Notes: generated by a model from the sequence alone, not told the origin. Numbered from the stretch's first letter, positions 24,423 to 45,077 are shown. The stretch: 64,000 nucleotides of DNA from the human T2T-CHM13v2.0 reference genome, Homo sapiens (GCF_009914755.1 NC_060941.1), one strand, 5' to 3'. Translations and numbers: made by a program.

Positions 24423-25427
24423 ATGGGGAGAAAACAGAGCAGAAAAACTGGAAACTCTAAAAAACAGAGTGCCTCTCCTTCTCCAAAGGAACGCAGTTCC
24501 TCGCCAGCAACGGAACAAAACTGGACAGAGAATAACTTTGACGATTTGAGAGAAGAAGGCTTCAGAGGATCAAACTACTGCAAGCTACAGGAGGAAATTC
24601 CAACCAATAGCAAAGAAGTTAAAAACTTTGAAAAACAATTAGACGAATGTATAACTGGAATAACCAATGCAGAGAAATGCTTTAAGGATCTGATGGAGGT
24701 GAAAGCCAAGTTTTGAGTACTACATGAAGAAGGAAGAAGCCTCAGGAGCCGATGCAACCAACTGGAAGAAAGGGTATCAGTGATGGAAGATGAAATGAAT
24801 GAAATGAAGGGAGAAGGGAAGTTTAGAGAAAAAAGAATAAAAAGAAACGAACAACGCCTCCAGGAATTATGGGACTATGTGAAAAGACCAAACCTACGTC
24901 TGATTGGTGTACCTGAAAGTGACAGGGAGAATGGAACTAAGTTGGAAAACACTCTGCAAGATATTATCCAGGAGGACTTCCCCAATCTAGCAAGGTAGGC
25001 CAACATTCAGATTCAGGAAACACAGAGAACGCCACAAAGATACTCCTCAAGACGAGAAACTCCAAGACACATAATTGTCAAATTCACCAAAGTTGAAATG
25101 ACGGAAAAAATGTTAAGGGCAGCCAGAGAGAAAGTTCGGGTTACCCACAAAGGGAAGCCCATCAGACTAACAGCTGATCTCTCGGCAGAAACTCTTCAAG
25201 CCAGAAGAGAGTGGGGGCCAATATTCAACATTCTGAAAGAAAATAATTTTCAACCCAGAATTTCATATCCAGCCAAACTAAGCTTCATAAGTGAAGGAGA
25301 AATAAAATACTTTACAGACAAGCAAATGCTGAGAGATTTGCTTGCCCTAAAAGAGCTCCTGAAGGGTGCACTAAACATGGAAAGGAACAACTGGTACCAG
25401 CCACTGCAAAAACATGCCAAATTGTAA
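24423..25427 (+). pseudogene. L1 ORF1p, disrupted
   Basis: MGRKQSRKTGNSK...QKHAKL* in one frame with premature stops ending at 24716 and 24998 and an in-frame 12-nt deletion near 25340 (LRDLLALKE). Confidence 0.93.
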
Positions 25428-25490
25428 AGACCATTGAGACTAGGAAAAAACTGCATCAACTAACGAGCAAAATAACCAGCTAACATCATA

Positions 25491-29317
<3,827 letters not shown>

Positions 29318-29599
29318 ACAATATGAACACATGGACACATGAAGGGGAACATCACAATTCGGGGACTGTTGTGGGGTGGGGTGAGTGGGGAGGGATAGCA
29401 TTAGGAGATATACCTAATGCTGAATGACGAGTTAATGGGTGCAGCACACCAACATGACACATGAACACTTATGTTACAAACTTGCACATGGTGCACATGT
29501 ATCCTAAAACTTAAGGTATAATAATAAAATAAAATAGAATAAAATAACAAAATATACACTAATACAGATTAACCAACCTAAAAAATTGTAGAGAAAGGT

Positions 29600-30100
29600 C
29601 ATTTAAAAAATATGAACGATAGAGTAATAATCTAACACGTTGAAATCTAAGAAGGAGAAAACAGCTTGTCTGAACAGCATTTTAAGTGGCAATGTTAGAG
29701 GTTTTATCAAAATTGACCAATAATATTAAACGACAGGTTCAGGAGGCTTTTCAAAGCAAAGGAAAACACACACAGAGGACACATCTAGAAACATAATGGG
29801 ACAATTTCTGAAAAGTAAAAGAAAAATGTAAAGAGCACTTGATAAAAAATTGGGCTAACTACAAAGAGAAAGAGTTGACTGATAACAACTTTCTCAAATG
29901 AAACAACGAAAGCCAACAAGTGAGGTACTGATATCTTTCAAGTCCTGAAATAAAATAAGTGCTGACCTAGAACTGTCTGCTTGGTGGACATATCCATCAA
30001 AAGCAAAGATACAATAAAGAATTTCTCCCAAGCAGACCCACAGGAAAAGAAATACTAAAGATTATTCTTCAGGTAGAAGAGCCATGATCGCTGATGAAAG
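29600..30100 (+). mobile_element. Ancient L1M ORF1 C-terminal remnant
   Basis: Degenerate motifs ACATCTAGAAACATAAT...CTTTCTCAAATGAAACAACGAAAGCC...ATATCTTTCAAGTCCTGAAA...ACCTAGAACT. Confidence 0.55.
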
Positions 30101-31899
30101 TTTGCAGTTAGAAGAACAATTTATTAATGAAAGAAATAAACATAGAGAGAAATTTAATTGGATATTGGCTGTGTAACAGAATGCTATCTCATAAAGTTTA
30201 AAATGTATCTTCCATACAACGGCAGAAGTATATAAGTTGTGAGTTGGATAAATTAATTTTAAAATATTGTCAAGTTTTTTTTTTTTTTTGCAAATAGACA
30301 GATGTACCAATTATATTAGACTCTGAATTCAAGAACGCACATTGTATTAAACCAGGTAAAACATAACCAGACCAGATTTTTTAAATAGACTCTCTTAAAG
30401 TTTTAATAATTTATATTCATATTTCACATATGTTGAAAGTAAATAATGGAAAAGCATGCAATGCAAATATTAACCAAAATATAGCTTTAGTTGTACTTAT
30501 ATTCACATTTTAAAAGTTGGACACAGTTAAGTCTCAGTGATTTTTTTACACAACGGAGGCAACCTGTGCAGTTATAACTAATATTATATTATGCTCTTGG
30601 CCTGATTACAGAAGGGAAAGGGGAGATCATACCAGACAATGGCAGAATGAAGCAACAAGGAGTAGAGTTACAGAACATGATGCTGTAACTGGGACTGGAG
30701 TTACACTTTTAGAGTTAAAGAATAGTAAACTGGACAAAATATATGAAACTTTTTTTTTGAAGTACTGAACATCAGGCAGCACAGGACTGTGCTCTGCAAG
30801 AGAAGAGAAGGAGCCAGAATGAGTCCTGCTTTATTCCCAGATTCTCCGTGACAGCAGTAGAGAGGAATCCCAGAGAAAGCAGACATTGTCATTGCACTGA
30901 GGAACCAGATAAAAATCAAAAAAGGTTAAGCAGCTGGAATGTGTAGTAGAAGAGAACGTTTACAGAAAAAGGAACCAAGAATCAGCCTAAGGATTCTCCC
31001 AAGTCCCTAAGCCAAATGTACATAGGATGAAATTCTAAGGAGCTCAGCAAAGGACTCTACCAGGGAGTTGGAAGAAGAACATTTCCCTGGCATCACATGA
31101 CAGGAAGACACGTTAGCTCTGACCAGCCAGAGAAGGGAATCCCCTCTGTACCTCCAGGATATTCAGTAAAGACCACTGGAGGTTCATGCCCTAGTGACAG
31201 TGCTCATTTAGCTCCAAATTACAGATGGCTCTAGACTAACTCAACAAAGTTTAAAGAGAAGATTTAAAACAACAACAGACAAATACTCATCCTGAAGTTA
31301 CTGAACTGCCTGCCACAACATTGTTCAAAGGTAGCCAATCAAATCTAGATCTTCAATAGCATAACACCAAAATACCCAAAAATCTCTGACATACAAAGAA
31401 GCCGTAAGATATATATAATTAAGACATATATTGACAGGATAAAAATAAGTCATTTATAAATGACAGAGAAGGAAATTTCAAGGTCCTTAAAGTAAATATA
31501 TTTTATAAATACATATAGATAAATACATATATATGTCAAGGTACTTAAATGAAAATTGAACATAGGAGAAAAATAGAAGTTATAAAATGAAAAATGTGAC
31601 ATGTATAGATGAAAAATAAATATTTGAAATAAAAATTCCATGAGATAGAATAAGTAATGCATTTTACCCTAACATCAGAAAATTTATAGAACAAAATAGA
31701 AGCTTTACAAACTAAAGGACAAAGGGTAAACTAAAATAAGAAAGCCAGAAACTCACTGATACATCAGACAATATGCAGCAGTGTAACATACATGTAATTA
31801 ATATCTCAAAAAGGATGGGTGGGGGAATTATAGGTGAATAAAGAATGGTACACTCATTCCTGAGGGCACAGAGGAGGGAGGATAGCTTTAGATTCCTAA

Positions 31900-32027
31900 G
31901 GGAGGGTATTATCCATTCATGAAGGTCCAACCCCCATGACCAAACACCTCCCAGTGAGCCCCACCTGCAACATTGGGGATCAAATTTTAACATGATATTG
32001 GAAGGGGCAAGCATTCAAACCACAGCA
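31900..32027 (-). mobile_element. MaLR LTR fragment (MST/MLT1A-type 5' end)
   Basis: CCATTCATGAAGG...CCCCCATGACCAAACACCTCCCA...ACATTGGGGATCAAATTT...CATTCAAACCACAGCA. Confidence 0.75.
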
Positions 32028-33389
32028 AGAGTTAAATTTCCTTTTTAAGAAAATCACTGATATGATTCCATTTCGCCATAGATAAAAGCTAGTATTTCAG
32101 CCTACCATTGAGTGTGCTTATAGCTCACCAAAAGGGCACTCTGTCTCGGGAATACAGATTTGCCTAGAGGTATCCTATTGCAGTCAAAGAAAGAGCAATG
32201 AGGGATAGAAAAGGTTAATGATGGAGACACCAGTGCTGCATTTTGCAACAAACAATGTAAAAACTTTACGGATTGGTTCTGCTAACTTACTACAGTTTAC
32301 ATTCCTCTCAGGTGGGAGAATTGTTGCGTTTTTTCTTAAGATAGAAAAGCAATTCAGATAATCTGAAATCTCCACAAGAAGGATGAGAAGCACAGCAGAA
32401 ACTATTCTAGGCAGGAAGTCAATCCCTTAACTGTCTGTGCTCCATAGAAACAATTGTCTGCACTGGGAGTCATATGAGGTACAGACCACAGCCAGACCTC
32501 TGATCCTCTCATTAGTGATTTCAGAAGAAATTACCAGTCAACTGAGTAACTCACTGAGTAAACATTTGGCACTGAAAGAGGTTAGACGGATAACTATTTG
32601 TATCACCATATTCATGAGGCTGGAATATTTTCCATTACTGGTATCACATCCGAATGGAAGATGTTAAAAGGTCTCTCATCCTGTAAGATGGATATGAAAG
32701 AACATTTTCTGAGAAACGAAATTATTAACACACCTGCGAGGTGGATGGAAGAGAAAAAAAGAATAATCAGCTTGAGTTCTTCTCCGTGATAAGAGAACTC
32801 ACTAAAAACATAAAGAGAAAAATACAAGTTTAAAATAATTAACCAGAAGAAGACGACTCTAGAGATTTTAAATTGCTAATAATATTTTAATTTGCTCCAA
32901 GTTGAAAATAATTATATTGCTTGTGTTTTAAGGCACATAATGAGCAATTATATCACACATGATAGTTTCAGCAGTAAAATATTATCCGTTAACAGCTGGA
33001 ACTCACAAAAGCATAGCACAATGTGAAGATGGAATTTGCTAAAATAAACCATCTGCTGAAAACTACTATTCTGCAAATTTAAAAATAAAGTTTAAATGTT
33101 ATTTGTCTTATTTAATAGGTCTGTGAAAAAAATGCGCTATTTGAAAAGTAGCTGCTACCTTAATTCTTTATATTAGACGGCTGGTTACAGTAATGCACAG
33201 TAAGGTGCTACATAGATATATTGCTAAATTTTCTGCATATACTATGTATTTGGCTTAAATTATTTGAAATTTTATAGTTAAAGTAACAAATGTATATTTA
33301 AATGTTTTGACACAAATTGCAAATATCCCTTTAAAAAGCGTCTTACACTCTAAATATTATTTGTCACCTATATATTTGTCTTTTCTCTA

Positions 33390-34315
<926 letters not shown>

Positions 34316-35299
34316 CTCTATATGTACAATAAATATTATTGTGATTTTTAATCTTTTCTGTGGAGAAAACACAGGTGTGATTTCTGGTGTAGCTGAACAT
34401 CGTTTATTTGACAATATTGCACTTATGTGTGGGTGTGTGCGTGTGTAGCTACTTTTTAATTTGGTTCTCACATAATGATGAGATATTAACAATTAATTCA
34501 GTAAAACGTATGTTTTGCAATATTTCTCCATGTTATTATGCTTTAAATTAGTTTAATCATGCCCCTATAATGTGTACATTTTAACCTTTGACTATAGGTC
34601 TCAATCTCACTTTGGTTCCTGTATTTGAATTTATGCTAATAAAGTCCTATAGCTAAAAAAGATTATATAAACTTATCTACATTTTTACCAGTATTCTGGT
34701 GTCATTTTTAATTATGTAATGAAATCAAATTTTAATTTGGATTATTGTTATCTGAGTTAAGGATCTAAATTTTTAATTTTCTTATAAATATTACATAATT
34801 ATTTCTGAACCATATATTGACTAATCTGCCCTTTATATGATGTGTATTATAAGAGCTTGGGATTGTTTCATTTGCAAAGATGAATGCTTGAGAAGTAGAT
34901 ATTTAATCATAACATTTCAAAATCTACTGGATAACCTAGAATTGAAAAATAGCCTATAGGTTGAAAAACTCCTGTAGTGAAGAAAGAAAATAACTAATGT
35001 ACAGTGACACTATAAATATTATAAATATTTATTTTATTATCACCCTGAAATTTGATAATACAAACATGTAATATCCACATATTATCCATATAACAGGTCA
35101 TAAAAAATCAATACATTCTTCAAAAATTTAGCATAACAGAAAATGCACTCTCTCCCCTTGATGGAATTAAGTTACAAATATGAGTAAAAATAAGTAGATA
35201 AGTAGATGGAAGTAGATGTTTCAAAACAAAGAAAAATATTTGTCTTGGATAACATACAAACTCAATTGACAATTCCAATATTTCCAGAACTTTGCCTGT

Positions 35300-35485
35300 C
35301 AACTGGTGGAGAGTTTTCCCCAGGAGACATTTGTCAATGTCTAGGGTTATTGTGGGGATGTCAAGACTGGTGGAGGTGTGAAATTTAGAGGTCAAACGAA
35401 ACACCTAGTATTATTAGGGCAGCCTCCCACAACAAAGAATCCTCTGGTCCTAAAGGTAAGTAGCACCAAGGTTGAGAAACCATAA
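35300..35485 (+). mobile_element. MER20 (hAT-Charlie) remnant
   Basis: CCCCAGGAGACATTTGTCAATGTCT...GGGCAGCCTCCCACAACAAAGAAT...AAGGTTGAGAAACC. Confidence 0.7.
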
Positions 35486-35609
35486 TCTAGACAGGAAACA
35501 CTACGTAGCTATTCCAAGTGTTCAGGAAAACACATCAGTGCCCTCGAGGGGAAAAGTGTAAACATTTTAATTGCTGTACATGGTGACACAAATCCATGTT
35601 GTTAATCTA

Positions 35610-36030
35610 AGTGGAAGGGGCTGAAGCACAAAACGTAATTTAAAGAGTTTACTTGAGCCACAATGAGGACAGCTGCCTGGAAGAAACAGACCCAAGTATC
35701 CTTGGATATGAACTCCCTTTGGAGCTTTGCAACAAGCAGTTTCTTAAAGGCAAAAACGGGTCCAGAAGTGGGATGGTGCAAAGAGGTTTGTCACAAATTC
35801 TCATTGGCTTATGGAAATAACATTTATTAGTGACTGGCTATACACTGTTACACTGTTATTGGGCGTGGATTATAGTGTCTGGTGTGGCGTTATTGGTTAA
35901 TTTATAGCTACTGTGGCAACAGCAAGCAGCCTAGATGAACACACAGCTCAAAGAGGAGCAGGACAGAACTGCTGTCTCATTTGAATATCTCTCTGGGCCT
36001 GATTATTTAAAAGGACTTGCATTTCTCACA
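35610..36030 (-). mobile_element. Probable ERV1 (MER4-group) solo LTR
   Basis: AAAGAGTTTACTTGAGCCA.AATGAGGACAGCTGCCTGGAA... ending in TTTCTCACA; subfamily not determined. Confidence 0.45.
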
Positions 36031-36244
36031 TGAAAGTTATTTTCTTTTCTCAATGTCCATAAATGAGAATAAATAGACGTAAAATAGATCTTTTCGAGGA
36101 CGAAGTAAATGGAATGAAAAACAAAACCCAAGCTGACCAGAAATCATACAGAGAAGAAAAGGTTATAAATATATGGATTTTTCAAAGTGATTTTAAGCTA
36201 TTAAGAATCAGTTAAATGTTGGGGGCTTTTGTCTGAGAATGGGC

Positions 36245-36784
36245 TAAAGGAGAATGTCCCTTTTGCCTTCTGAAGTTTCCCTGAAAATCACTAATAGGAG
36301 GCAGATAAATAGTAGAAAAGGCATACAGGTTTCTGCAATGTGTGTACACTGGAGCCCTTAGAACGAAGACCCAGACACACGATGCGTGCAGAAGCTTATC
36401 TACCACATGAAGTTTACAAAAAGAATGGGGTCTTGGATCACAGGGAAAAAAAAGAGAAAGGTTATGTGAGAAAACGACCGTGGCTAGCAACAGTGGACTT
36501 ATTACATAGGTGGAACCTCACTGGGAGCAGTCCTCAGAGAGAATAGACAGAAAATGTTTCTTTCAGACCTTTGGAGACCTCAGACTCTCAGTTAACATTT
36601 CCTAGATCCAGACAAGGGGGCAGACCTCAGAGAAAGCCTGGCTGCATCAAGGCAGATTCTGTACCGATGCAAATCTCCCCAAGACAGCTTTGCAGCTAAG
36701 TTTGCATTTCCAGCCCTTCTCCATAGCCATTTTGAAATATATCAAGGAAATATATTTAGGGGTAAAATATATTAGTTTCCGTCA
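36245..36784 (-). mobile_element. ERV1 solo LTR (MER34-like)
   Basis: GATGCAAATCTCCCC..AGACAGCTTTGCAG...AGCCATTTTGAAATATATCAAGGAAATATATTTAGGGGTAAAATAT. Confidence 0.65.
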
Positions 36785-38759
36785 TACAGCTATAAAACAT
36801 ACAGGAATAATTTTTGTCAATGTCTACTACAAATCCAATATAGCAGTAACTATAAAACCCGCCAGATATTGAAGAAAAAATATGTAGAGTACCTCAATTA
36901 CAAATGTTGATACTAAAATGCTAAATAAAATAAAAATAATATCCATCAATATTTGAAACAGTAAGACAAGAAATTGGCAAAAAAAAAAAAAAAAAACAAA
37001 CAAATATCCACCTTGGGAATGAAAGTGTGTTTCCAAATTTGGTAATCCAATAATATTAATAATCATATTGATTAGCCCAAATTAAAAATAAATAGGGGAT
37101 TCTCAGTACATGCTAAAATATATTTGTTAAAAGGCAATATTCATGTCTTTAAAGATTTTAAATGCTATAAAGAGTCTGATATTCTATATGCAAACTTGTG
37201 TATGTCCATTAGAAGAAGAGAGGCCTGATTTTCATATGTTACTACATAGAGATAGAGAAGTGGATAGATTAATTTTCATATGCATAGAGAAAGCATAAAA
37301 TAGAAATTTACTATCATATTAAAGGAATTTTAATTCAACAATAAAATAATCCAAAGGTAAAATTTTAAATATTTTTAACAGGTACATTATGAATATTAGA
37401 TAATATTTATAATAATTGGGAAAATATTCAATGCTAAAATAAGATACAATGTCTAAACATCAGTATTAAAACTAGTATAAATATTTGTTTGTTTATACAG
37501 GGAAAATTCAAGCTCGACCTAAAATTATATGGGAAATAAAAGAAAAATTTTAAGGGAGCTCTTTAATAACATAAACATATATATACACACACACACATAT
37601 AACATGTATATATGTTATATGGGATAGATATAGATTTAACATGTTATATCTATATTTGTATCTATAACTACAGCTGTATGTATCTACATTTCTATATATT
37701 TACTCAGTGATATAAATATAGACTGGAATAAATATAAGGACACATATGATTCTTGGATAAAAAGGATTTAGTATCATAAAGACAAATTCTTTCCAAATTC
37801 ACTTATGAATTCACAACAATATACAGTTTCATTAGTATAATTTAAAATTTTTAAATAAATTCCAAGATTCATTTAAAGGAATATACATGTATACAAGCAG
37901 TCAAGAAAGAAGCAAGAGTGCACTAAACTAACTTGCTATTAAAATACATTTTTAAACTTAGTCACTAAAAGTGAGCATTACTGATTTGGAGTACTGGAAT
38001 TTAGGTATACGGGATCTCAAAAACACAGAACTCAAAGGAGACCCCTGTATGCACGAGAGCTTAGGATGTTCTTTGGAAGGCATTACCAAACCACGGGCAA
38101 AGTTACTTTAGTGTCTTAGTCTTACTAGGTTTGAAAAGCCAGAGAGAAGACTCAAGACCACCATATAAGAGCAAAAACAAAAGGACAGGGAGAGAATGTG
38201 AAGATACTAAAACATTTTACATAAAGTTGTATAAAACCTCCTTTAAAGAAAATATAAAGTTTAGGATATACATCAAAATCAGCAGAGCCACTAAATAAAT
38301 AAATAGGCATTGTAAAATAACAAGAGAAAATTTAAATGGATTTCTAAAAAATATTGACACCTATGATTTTTAAAATACGTTTAAGAAATCCCGTATTTCA
38401 CAGGGCAGTAGTTCACAACACAGATATGTTAGGACATAAAGGTCCTTCTGTTTTTAATTTACTAGTGTTTATAGGGTTACAAATGTCTTCTACCTTTGTC
38501 TTTTGTCTGATGGTGCAAAAAATTTTCATAAGCATGTATTTCTGAATGCCTGATGGATTGACATATATAATATGCTGCTAGTATTAAAATATGTGACGGA
38601 AAACGCATCCAATCTTCTCACTGTTTACATAAATTCTAGGTTTCTCCTATTTACCTCAAGCACGTATGGAGCAAATTCTTACCTTTTAATATTGCCATGG
38701 CATTCACATTGAACATAAGTTGAACTCTCTCATATGGTAGCTGGGTTCGGATTCCCTTG

Positions 38760-39860
38760 ACAATTTCCAGTTCTAACCCTCACACTTCCTCAGTGTGGCT
38801 GGCCCAGATATTGACCCTACACAGTTGCCTCCCCCTGGTGACTACCAGCTATGGAACCGTTGGATACAAACTACCTGACTCACCCCACAGACCTCACAGT
38901 GCACATGGACAGCCCCCACACGCCAGAGTGACCTGCTCAGTTGCAGCAGCAGTCAAGAAATGTGCCTGCTGGCACTCACCCCACCGACTAGTGCCCTGTG
39001 GAAAACTTATTTGGATAATGTTCTGGGCCCAATAAAGTCTGGAGTCCCACAGACCCCTCTTCTCTCTCCTGCTCCCCACTCATCTTCCCCATTTTGTTCA
39101 GCCCTATGAGGTGTACTACTGTATTAGTCCATTTTCACACCACCAGTAAAGACATGCCCAAGACTGGGTAATTTCCAGAAGAAAGAGGTTTAATAGACGC
39201 ACAGTTCCACATGGCTGGGTAGGCCTCACAATCATGGCGCAAAATGAAAGGCACGTCTCACATGGCAGCAGACAAGACAAGAGAGCTTGTGCAGGGAAAC
39301 TCCCCTTTATAAAACCATCAGATCTTGTGAGACTTATTCACTATCAGAAGAACAGCATGGGAAAGACCTGCCCTCATGATTCAATTACCTCCCACCTGTT
39401 CCCTCCCACAACATGTGGGAATTCAAGACGAGATTTGGCTGGGGACACAGCTAAACCCTCTTCTCAGCTACCCTCTTCTCTCTGGATCTGTGAGTAATAA
39501 ACCTACTTCTGTGATTTCCCATGTTTGGTTCTGTGGCCTCCATGTGTCTGAGCTGACCTACACTGGAACCTAACTCTCCTCCTGGCCAGGGTCTCTGAGA
39601 GTGGCTCTTGTCAGAAATACACAGGACACAGGTTAGGCAACAGTCACCAGGCATCTCCTAGTCTCAACAGATGTTCTGTGAGAGGGAGGCCTGGTCGTGG
39701 GATGCACACCTGGCCACTGCTGGGGTAAGGAAGTGTCCTGTGAAAGGCACATGTTAAGCATCCACAACCCCCTGCCCAGAACCCCAGAAAGGCAGGGCTC
39801 CAATGGACAGTCACTCTCCAGAGACAAACCTCAAGCCCTAACTGGAGGAAAAGAAAACAA
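38760..39860 (+). mobile_element. ERVL LTR (MER54/MER74-like) split by a THE1 insertion
   Basis: CCCAATAAAG...CTGTGAGTAATAAAC...CTCCTCCTGGCCAGGG...TGGAGGAAAA.AAAACA; the sequence continues across the THE1. Confidence 0.55.
39120..39466 (-). mobile_element. THE1B solo LTR
   Basis: TGTATTAGTCCATTTTCAC...GAGATTTGGCTGGGGACACAGC; 5-bp TSD ACTAC (39115) / GCTAC (39467). Confidence 0.9.
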
Positions 39861-41028
39861 TGTAAAAAGTTGAATTTATCTTACTATTTCAATGATCCAG
39901 TAAAGACATTCTATGCCTGTACACCACATATTTTCTTTGATTGTGGATTTATTTTAGATAGAATTTTAGGTCTGGCTTTCACTTTAGCCTGGTCCCTACC
40001 TCAAGCATAAGGTAAAGATTTTCCATGCGTTCTTTTCTGGTACTACTACCTGCCAGTGTGGGGTCATGTCCTAGTCTATCTTGAGGGAATCCCCCTGTTC
40101 GTTATTGTCAGAGTGAGACTAAGTCTTGATTTCCCTGGACAACTTCACTGCATGACTTTTAATATGATTTTTTAATATACTCTTTACTGGACAATAAATT
40201 ATATAGTTACCTGAGTAAGAGATATGGTCAGGAAGAGGCATTGCCTAATTCAGCTTTTCTCTTTGGTGAACTCGCATATGTTCTCCTTACCCGCCAGTCA
40301 CCTCTAAACCGTATTGTTCCAAGACAACAAACAGAACTCGAGTGTGTATCTTTCACCACTGGATTTGTGTTTCCTCCATAAAGCTTTGTGCTTAATAGGG
40401 TTTCTGTTAGCATTTTCTCTATTTATTTTCCCATAAAATATCACAGGCCTTCTTCATATGGAATTATGGGTGATTTCCTTCAATCTGCATCATATCAAGT
40501 TGAGGTTCATCTTGATGAAAAGTAAAACATACTTTGAAAATGTCAGTAAGGATGATTTCCCCTCCTTTTTAGCACCTGTGCTTGTGATACAAGCACATTT
40601 TAATACAATTGTAGTCTCATGCTTTGATCATTCCTATGATGAAAATAACATTTTTAGATAAAATATCTGAGTTTTATGAGGCCTTTAGTATGTGATGTGA
40701 TAGAAGAACAGAAGACCATACTTTTTTCTAGTTTTCCGTGCAATTCTATCATTGTTTCATCTTTACTCCTACCAGAGTAATTTTCCAAAATAGATATCTT
40801 GTCATTCTTCCTGTTGTTATCAGTAAATAAGTGAAATGAACAGCTAGATTATATAATTTATCTACAACAAGAAAGTAGAATTGAATCTATATTCATTAAT
40901 GAGAATAACCAGTCAATTACACAGATAGGCATTTTACATTTTGAAGATCATATGGACCCATTGTCAGATATATTATTATTTATGTCTACATGGACATCAC
41001 CTGTGCATATTTAAATACAAATCAATGA

Positions 41029-41343
<315 letters not shown>

Positions 41344-42329
41344 GGAAGCTGATTTTTAAAATACTGGGATCATATAGATGACAGCACCTGAAAAACAGAC
41401 AACACCAAGCTTTATGTTAAAAGGTGTGAGGGTATCAATATTGTTGTGGCTATTGGGGAGGAAAACATTAGTAAAACCAGTAAGTTAAAGCTCTTGCTTT
41501 AAACTTTGGCTTTAATTTAACAAATGTTCTATGGAGTGACAGTATGTATGTAACCATGCTATGCCCATTCACAGATGCAGTAGAGGGAAGAATTTCTCAA
41601 AGACAACTGTTCTAAGACTCAAATTAAACCGTACTGGGTTTGAAAAGAGAAAGTCCAGGAATTACCAAATATTTTAGATATCAGATACAAGAGAATGACA
41701 GGTATGCGATGATAATCAGCAATGGTTGTTCACACAATACATCAAATCAGTATTTGAATTAGCTTTTGAATTACAAGGACAAATGGATCAAGTCTAGACT
41801 CTTTAGTAGATAAATCTTATTAGGCTGAGATGTGTTTTCCCCTGTTTTTCCACAAGGAGATTACAAATTTGCAAACCTCAGCTGCTCTCATTTTATGCTC
41901 TCACCAAGCCAAAAGCTGAAGTTCATCAATAAGTGTGTCTAAGTGTTCACTGGTTATATACCATTTTGTAGTTTCAGCTATCTTTCCAACTTCCTAAATC
42001 ATCACCTTCATTTGATCTGGTTTTTTTCCACTATCACCTCTTTATTGACCATATAAAGAATATAAGTAAGTTCTTATTTTGTTATTGTTCATTTTAGTCT
42101 AATTTCATCAAAAGATCACAATCTTTTAATTTCATTTTAATTTCAAAGATTAAATGAAACATACATAGAAATGAGTGTAAGATTTGCATTTGCATTATTT
42201 TGGCATCAATTTGCTATCCTCCCTCATGCACATAGAGATCACTTCCATGTACGTGATTTCAAACATCCAAGTGCAGTATTAAAAGCAGTTGTAAATTATG
42301 GTTCTCATTTTCATGATACAATTACAATA

Positions 42330-43147
<818 letters not shown>

Positions 43148-43232
43148 GACAATCTATTTATCTGCAGATTAAAGCGTTCTTCATTTTTCTGTCTCCCTCT
43201 CTTAATTTTTTTAAAATAATAAGAATTGTAGT

Positions 43233-43873
43233 AAAGAGAAAGAAAGAAAAGAAAACAAAGAAAGAAAAAGAAGGGAGGAAAGAAGGAAGGAAGGAAATAA
43301 GGAAAGAAAGAAGAAAGAAAAGAAAGAGGAAATGAGGGAAGGAAGGGAGGGAGGGAGGAAGGGAGAAAGGCAGGAAGGGAGAAAAAAGAAAGCATGAGCA
43401 CAAGAAAGAAAGAAGGAAGGAAAGAAAGAAAGAGTAAGAAAGAGAAAGAGAGAAAGAAAGAAAGGAGGAAGGGAGGAAGGAAATGAGGAAGAGAGAATGG
43501 TAAAAGGGAGGAAGGCAAAGAAACAAAGAAAATAAAGATGCGAAGGAAGGAAGGAAGAAGAGGAATGGAAGGGAGGGAGGAAGGAAGAAAAAGAGGGCGG
43601 GAGGAAGGGAGAAAAAAGGAAAGAAAACAAGAACGTGAGAAAGAAAGAATATGAGAAAAGAAGGAAGAAAAGGGAGGGAGAAAAGAAGGGAGGGAGGAGG
43701 GAAGGAAGAAGAATAAGAGGAAAGAAAGAAGGAAAGAAGGAAGGAAGGAGAAAAAAGAAAGAAAAGAAAGAAAAAGAAAAAAGAAAAGAAAAGGAAGAGG
43801 AAAAGAAGAAAGGAAGGAAGAAGGGAAGGGAAGGGAAGAGAAGAGAAAGGAAGATGGAAAGAAGGAAGGAAGA
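43233..43873 (+). repeat. Polypurine low-complexity tract (GAAA/GGAA/GGGA)n
   Basis: About 640 bp almost entirely A/G on the plus strand. Confidence 0.92.
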
Positions 43874-44794
43874 ACGCAAATATTAGAAATTCTAGGTTTG
43901 TTAGAGAATATGCCATACTGTTTTTTTTTTTCACTTGAAAGGAAAGAGTATCTGCCATTGAAGATTGGATGTCTTGTTTGTGATATTGTTGTTCTTATCT
44001 TCCACATGATTACTGAGTTTATGCCTAGTCTTTCCATTACTAAGACAAAAGTTTTGAAGTCTGTAAATATAATTTTGGATTTTTGTAGCTCACCTTTGAT
44101 TTCTTTCCTGTTTTACCTCATGTATTTGGAGGTTCTGTTGTTAGCTGCATACCCTAATTACTAGGATGTTTACATCTTCTTGAGAATTGATTATTCTATT
44201 ATCTATTATCTCTCATCTCTGATACTATTTCTTGTTCCGAACTCTGTTGTGTCTAATACCAATGTAGTCCTTCCACAGCCTTATTTTAGTGTTTCCATGA
44301 TATGGCTTTCTCCATATCTTGATGATAACCTATTTATATCTCTATATATTTGGAGCAAGATATAAAATTTAGACTTGAGTTTTTAAAGATTTTTCAAGAT
44401 GTAATTCTTATTTCTTTTTGTTCTATTTGACATTCTCTGAGTTTCCTATATTTGAAGTTTGATTTTCTGTCACTTCTTTTAGAATATTTTTGGCAGTTAT
44501 TTTGAAAAATATTTCTTTTGCTCCATTATTTTTCCCTCTTTTCTTTTTGGGATTTCAATCATAACTAGAGTAGGTAATTTCATCTCAGTCTTATGCAGGT
44601 ACTTTTTCTCAGGGTCTCAGGAATGTAGACTTCTCACACTTCTGTTCTTTTCCTGGCTGTGTTGGTGAGCTCAGTGATAATCCTCCTTCACCTTCAAGAG
44701 CAGTTTTGTTTTGTTTTTCCTGTTTTCATACTCCCAGCATCAGGAGTATTCTAAGTGTGGCAGTTTTTGTTGCCTTCCCCTACATATTAAGTGG

Positions 44795-45077
44795 AATATC
44801 TTGGTCTATTTGGACTCTTATAACAAAATAACATAAACCGGGTGACTAAAAAACAACAGATATTACTTTTTTCATACTTCTTGAGGCTGTAAGATCTCAG
44901 GTCAAGATGCTCACAAATTCAGTGTTGATGAGAGCCCATTTAATGGTTTATAGATGGTGCCTTCTTTCTATGTCCTCACATAGTGGAAGGCACACAAGAA
45001 CTCCATTGAGCTTCTTTTATAAAGGCACTAATCCCATTCATAAGGGCTCGGCCCCCAAGACCTGGTCACTTCCCAAG
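44795..45077 (-). mobile_element. MLT1A-type MaLR LTR
   Basis: ATAACAAAATAACATAAACCGGGTG...GTCCTCACATAGTGGAAGG...TTTTATAAAGGCACTAATCCCATTCAT. Confidence 0.78.
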
